A program made the translations under genes and the position numbers. A stretch of 63,340 nt of DNA, the filler included, from Perkinsus chesapeaki ATCC PRA-425 (taxonomy: Eukaryota > Protista > Perkinsozoa), in NCBI GenBank assembly GCA_013115145.1. It is 15 parts of 15 records of this genome, joined end to end, with 100 filler letters (N's around TTAATTAATTAA, not from the genome) between each part and the next. Parts side by side here need not be neighbours in the genome. Positions count along the whole stretch, not along the records: positions 60,062 to 62,045 come from JAAPAO010001715.1; positions 62,146 to 63,340 come from JAAPAO010002113.1; 13 more parts are not named here. One strand, 5' to 3'. Below are positions 59,962-63,340 of this stretch, one piece after another (within the stretch, counting starts at the first letter, position 1; the number at the start of each line of letters is the position of its first letter). The notes beneath the pieces are model-generated. The model was given only the letters and a program-made list of their open reading frames with translations. It was not told the origin of the DNA and did no database searches.

Positions 59962-62900
59962 NNNNNNNNNNNNNNNNNNNNNNNNNNNNNNNNNNNNNNN
60001 NNNNNTTAATTAATTAANNNNNNNNNNNNNNNNNNNNNNNNNNNNNNNNNNNNNNNNNNNNACCAGAAGCACCGATAAGAGTAACCTTCATATTGTTTTC
60101 TGCAGTCATATTTATTGAGTTTGGTAAAATTATTTAGAAGAAACTGAAATTTGAATGTTAACTATACTGAAGCGATTACCATTAATAACGAATTAATTAA
60201 TAACGGACGTGTGGATTTGCCTGAAGATTCTTAGCTCGTCCCGGCTACGTGAATCCTAGCACAGAAGTCACGCGAGCAAATCCCTTCGGGACACAATGGG
60301 GACAGTTGTCACAAGAAGCGATCATACCACAGAACTCATGAACCTAGCTAGCGTTTTCTTTGGCACAGCATCGTCCCACTCGTGATGTTCTAGGAACCAA
60401 TAACTGTACTACATAACTTCCCTGTACCATCTCTGATGACCCGTACTATCATTTACTGTCTATTATACAAGGAATATACTTGCAATACGCCAATTATCTG
60501 TATGGCCGCGGCTGTTACGGAGAGTGGAGCGGGCAAGATTATTCACGTTAAGATTTACAGTTTGTGAATTCTGTCAAGCATGTGAATGCCATCAGAAAGC
60601 TGTACTCAATCCAACGTCAACACCGGGTGACTTGAGCCTGAAAATACTCACACCTCTAGACTTTCACTTGCCTGTATAACGTAAGAGAACCGAATTTGAA
60701 GGTTAGCAATGATTATGCCGATAGTCGGAGGCGTATCACAACATACTACGGAAGAGATGTCTTCATTCGTGCTAATCGAACATGCTCACTATAATATGAC
60801 GGAAAAGCTTGTAAGAGGTCATGACATCGGTCGAGTCTATGTGGCTCTGATAGGAAAATACCGCAAATGGGAAATCCTTGAGTCTTGCGAAGAGGTCACG
60901 TGTCTCACGAAGTTCCTGGGAAACGATGGTAGCCATCTTCCTGTGTAGATGGACTTAGCACCTATAGCTGTATAAAACGCAAGATTTATCTCGTGACATG
61001 TCACATGTTCCATAGAAGACTTAGAACGTCCTTAATAAGGACTCCTTATACTGCCAGAGAAGGGCTATTTACTCAGCATGACACCAGCGACGCTACAACG
61101 CGTGTACAAACAGAACAAAGCCACTTCGATATGTAGCGGTCCCCGAAAAGCATTAGGCGGGCCAGAACCTACAAGTGCAGCTCATTCGCTGCAAATACAA
61201 TATGAGAGACGAGAATCCGTAATATAAAGCGACTTATGACCATGACATCAATATTATTGATTCAATAAAGCTCTTAGGCATGTAGAAGTGCAAAGGAGAA
61301 TCATATGTCACTATTATGCGCCATCTTTACACCAATCCAGTTCGTGTTCGTTCGTGTCCGAACTTCTCGTTTGTTGATGACTTGTCTGGTATCCACAGTT
61401 GCCAATGTCAAGGATCACCCATATAGTGTGCCCATCACCACATGGCTCAGTACGCTCAAAGCCTCACCGCTACCATGAGGACATGCCAGCTGTTGCATAT
61501 CAATGAGACACGAACTAGGGAGCTTGTGTGAGCCAAGCCTGCAATCACATTGTAAAGATAGCAGTGAACAAATGAGCTCTAATTCGTGAATGCATACTGG
61601 AAATGAAAGCGATTTCTTTCAATGGCGCAAATGAGAAATTCAGGCTGGATTATTACATAAAGCTCAATTGACGGGAGTAACACACATCTATGGAACAGGG
61701 AATCTCAGCCCACGAAACTTCCGCGGTGAAACTCTTATGGCAAGAGAGGGACCTGTACACAAGCAGCACCAGCACGAGAACGTAGCCTTCTTGATATCAT
61801 GCAGCTCGCGTCACTGCGAATTCACTTGTAACTCAAAAACCATTTAGTTGGACAGAGAGCTCATCTGTCTACTAGAGCTTACACATTGCTCGAAGTTAAT
61901 CAAGCCTAAATCACGGCTTTCATAAGTTAAAATAGAACTTAATATCCTAATAATAGGAATATACAGAATCATTTCTTTACTGTTGCTGTTGTTGTTGCGA
62001 TTGAGCATAATCAACACCCTTCTTAACATCTTCCTTCACTTTCTCNNNNNNNNNNNNNNNNNNNNNNNNNNNNNNNNNNNNNNNNNNNNTTAATTAATTA
62101 ANNNNNNNNNNNNNNNNNNNNNNNNNNNNNNNNNNNNNNNNNNNNCCGCTCGCTTGGGTGCACTGCGCTGCCCCATCCGCCTTCGTGAGAGAGAGTTGGT
62201 TGATGACGTAAAACTAATTACTAATATAAGTCGATTGTAGGAATATATTTTGTACTACTCGTTGAAAGATTTAGTATACATAGCCTAGTACATGGACATA
62301 ATGGTCACTTGACATTATTTTATTTGTGGGTCTATTAAAGCATATTGTATGCTGCATATATCCTAGATCTCCTTGGTTGCCTAGAATGAGTATCACACTG
62401 TGTGCTGCATAACGAAGTCTCGTGACGAGACCGTGAGTCCAAGAAATGGTTGATTGTAAAGGTGTTCTACCAGGGTTAATAGTATGTACTCTGCTAGAAC
62501 TCCTTTGTGTAATACATACACAAAGAGCTGCTGAAGCCACACGGAAAGAAGCGAGTAACAAGAGATCTATCCAAAATTAGACCGGAAGAATTTGGAACAG
62601 ATTTGGAACTCGATCTCCGTAAACATCACAATGGCTCGTAACCTACGACGGTGCCGGATATTATCCGGCGGATAACCGTAGTGTAGGGCTCATCAGTTAT
62701 CTTCATGATGCTTCTTTTGCCAAGACGACCCAAGAGCTGTTCAGAACTTTCTAACCGAGCCTGCCAGAGGCTTCGGGCAGCATCAAGATTTCAAGGAATG
62801 TAACTCAGTCTTTTTCCGAGGCATTTTCATCTGTATGATGCAAACTCCTCTTATTGCCGATAGAACTATATTCAGCACTTCGATTGAATCTTCGGTGGAC

Positions 62901-63340
62901 TGCACTAGCTATCAAAGAATCTAGGCGCGATGCTCTTGTATGCTGTCGTCTTTGCTCGTATAGCGAAACTTACGAAAAATACGACCGCTATATCACAGTT
63001 GGGCTAAAACACTTACGAGAACTTGTAGTAAGCCAAAGGGAGACCATTGGGGAGCCTAACTGGCCGAGCCACTCCTGCTAGTTCATTGATGCATGCTAGA
63101 GGCTCTTGATACTGTTTGCCGGATCCACACAGTTTTCCCAATGTTGTTGAGTGCCAGCAAGAACTTATAACCCAAGGCTTATTAAGGGCGCAGAAAACCC
63201 TAACTGATGTCGTGTGCCCACTAGGCATGACGAGTTATGATGATAAGTTATGTAGGTTTCAGTATATCTGCCTTTTGTGTCGTTTGTGCGGCGGCTCCAT
63301 CTGTGGATCTCGCTCGCCTTGTGACCGCGCTATGAGTATG

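Noticed and set aside
22791-62145. Recurrent TTAATTAATTAA motif, and apparent gene neighbourhoods across N runs
   Set aside because: Fixed 100-nt spacer with a six-frame stop linker: an assembly artefact. ORFs that include X runs, and any cross-gap synteny, are not evidence.

Overview
Eukaryotic, intron-rich, transposon-saturated DNA. Gene families and 40-50 nt introns suggest an alveolate of the Perkinsus type (inference). The window is 15 contigs joined by 14 artificial 100-nt N spacers carrying the six-frame stop linker TTAATTAATTAA, so adjacency across gaps is not biological. The first contig (1-22790) is a tRNA-Asp/tRNA-Ala array packed with mobile DNA. It holds a decayed Ty3/Gypsy element with a TA-TSD MITE inside it, three remnants of a Dada-type DDE transposase that abut broken tRNA-Asp genes, and a 6.3-kb satellite-flanked segment encoding a zinc-finger/unknown-domain protein. 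Later contigs carry a hAT end, an intron-containing histone H2B, a frameshifted pepsin-like protease, an OPR/RAP-like protein, MFS transporters, Cys-rich secreted proteins, a very AT-rich contig, and Gypsy, tyrosine-recombinase and CCCH-Gag/BEL-like retroelement fragments. The most striking unannotated signal is a stereotyped micro-rearrangement: 7 nt + reverse complement of an 8-mer + 7 nt, a net 14-nt insertion. It occurs perfectly at least nine times, plus three longer two-sided versions, and looks like hairpin-type excision footprints of an 8-bp-TSD transposon.
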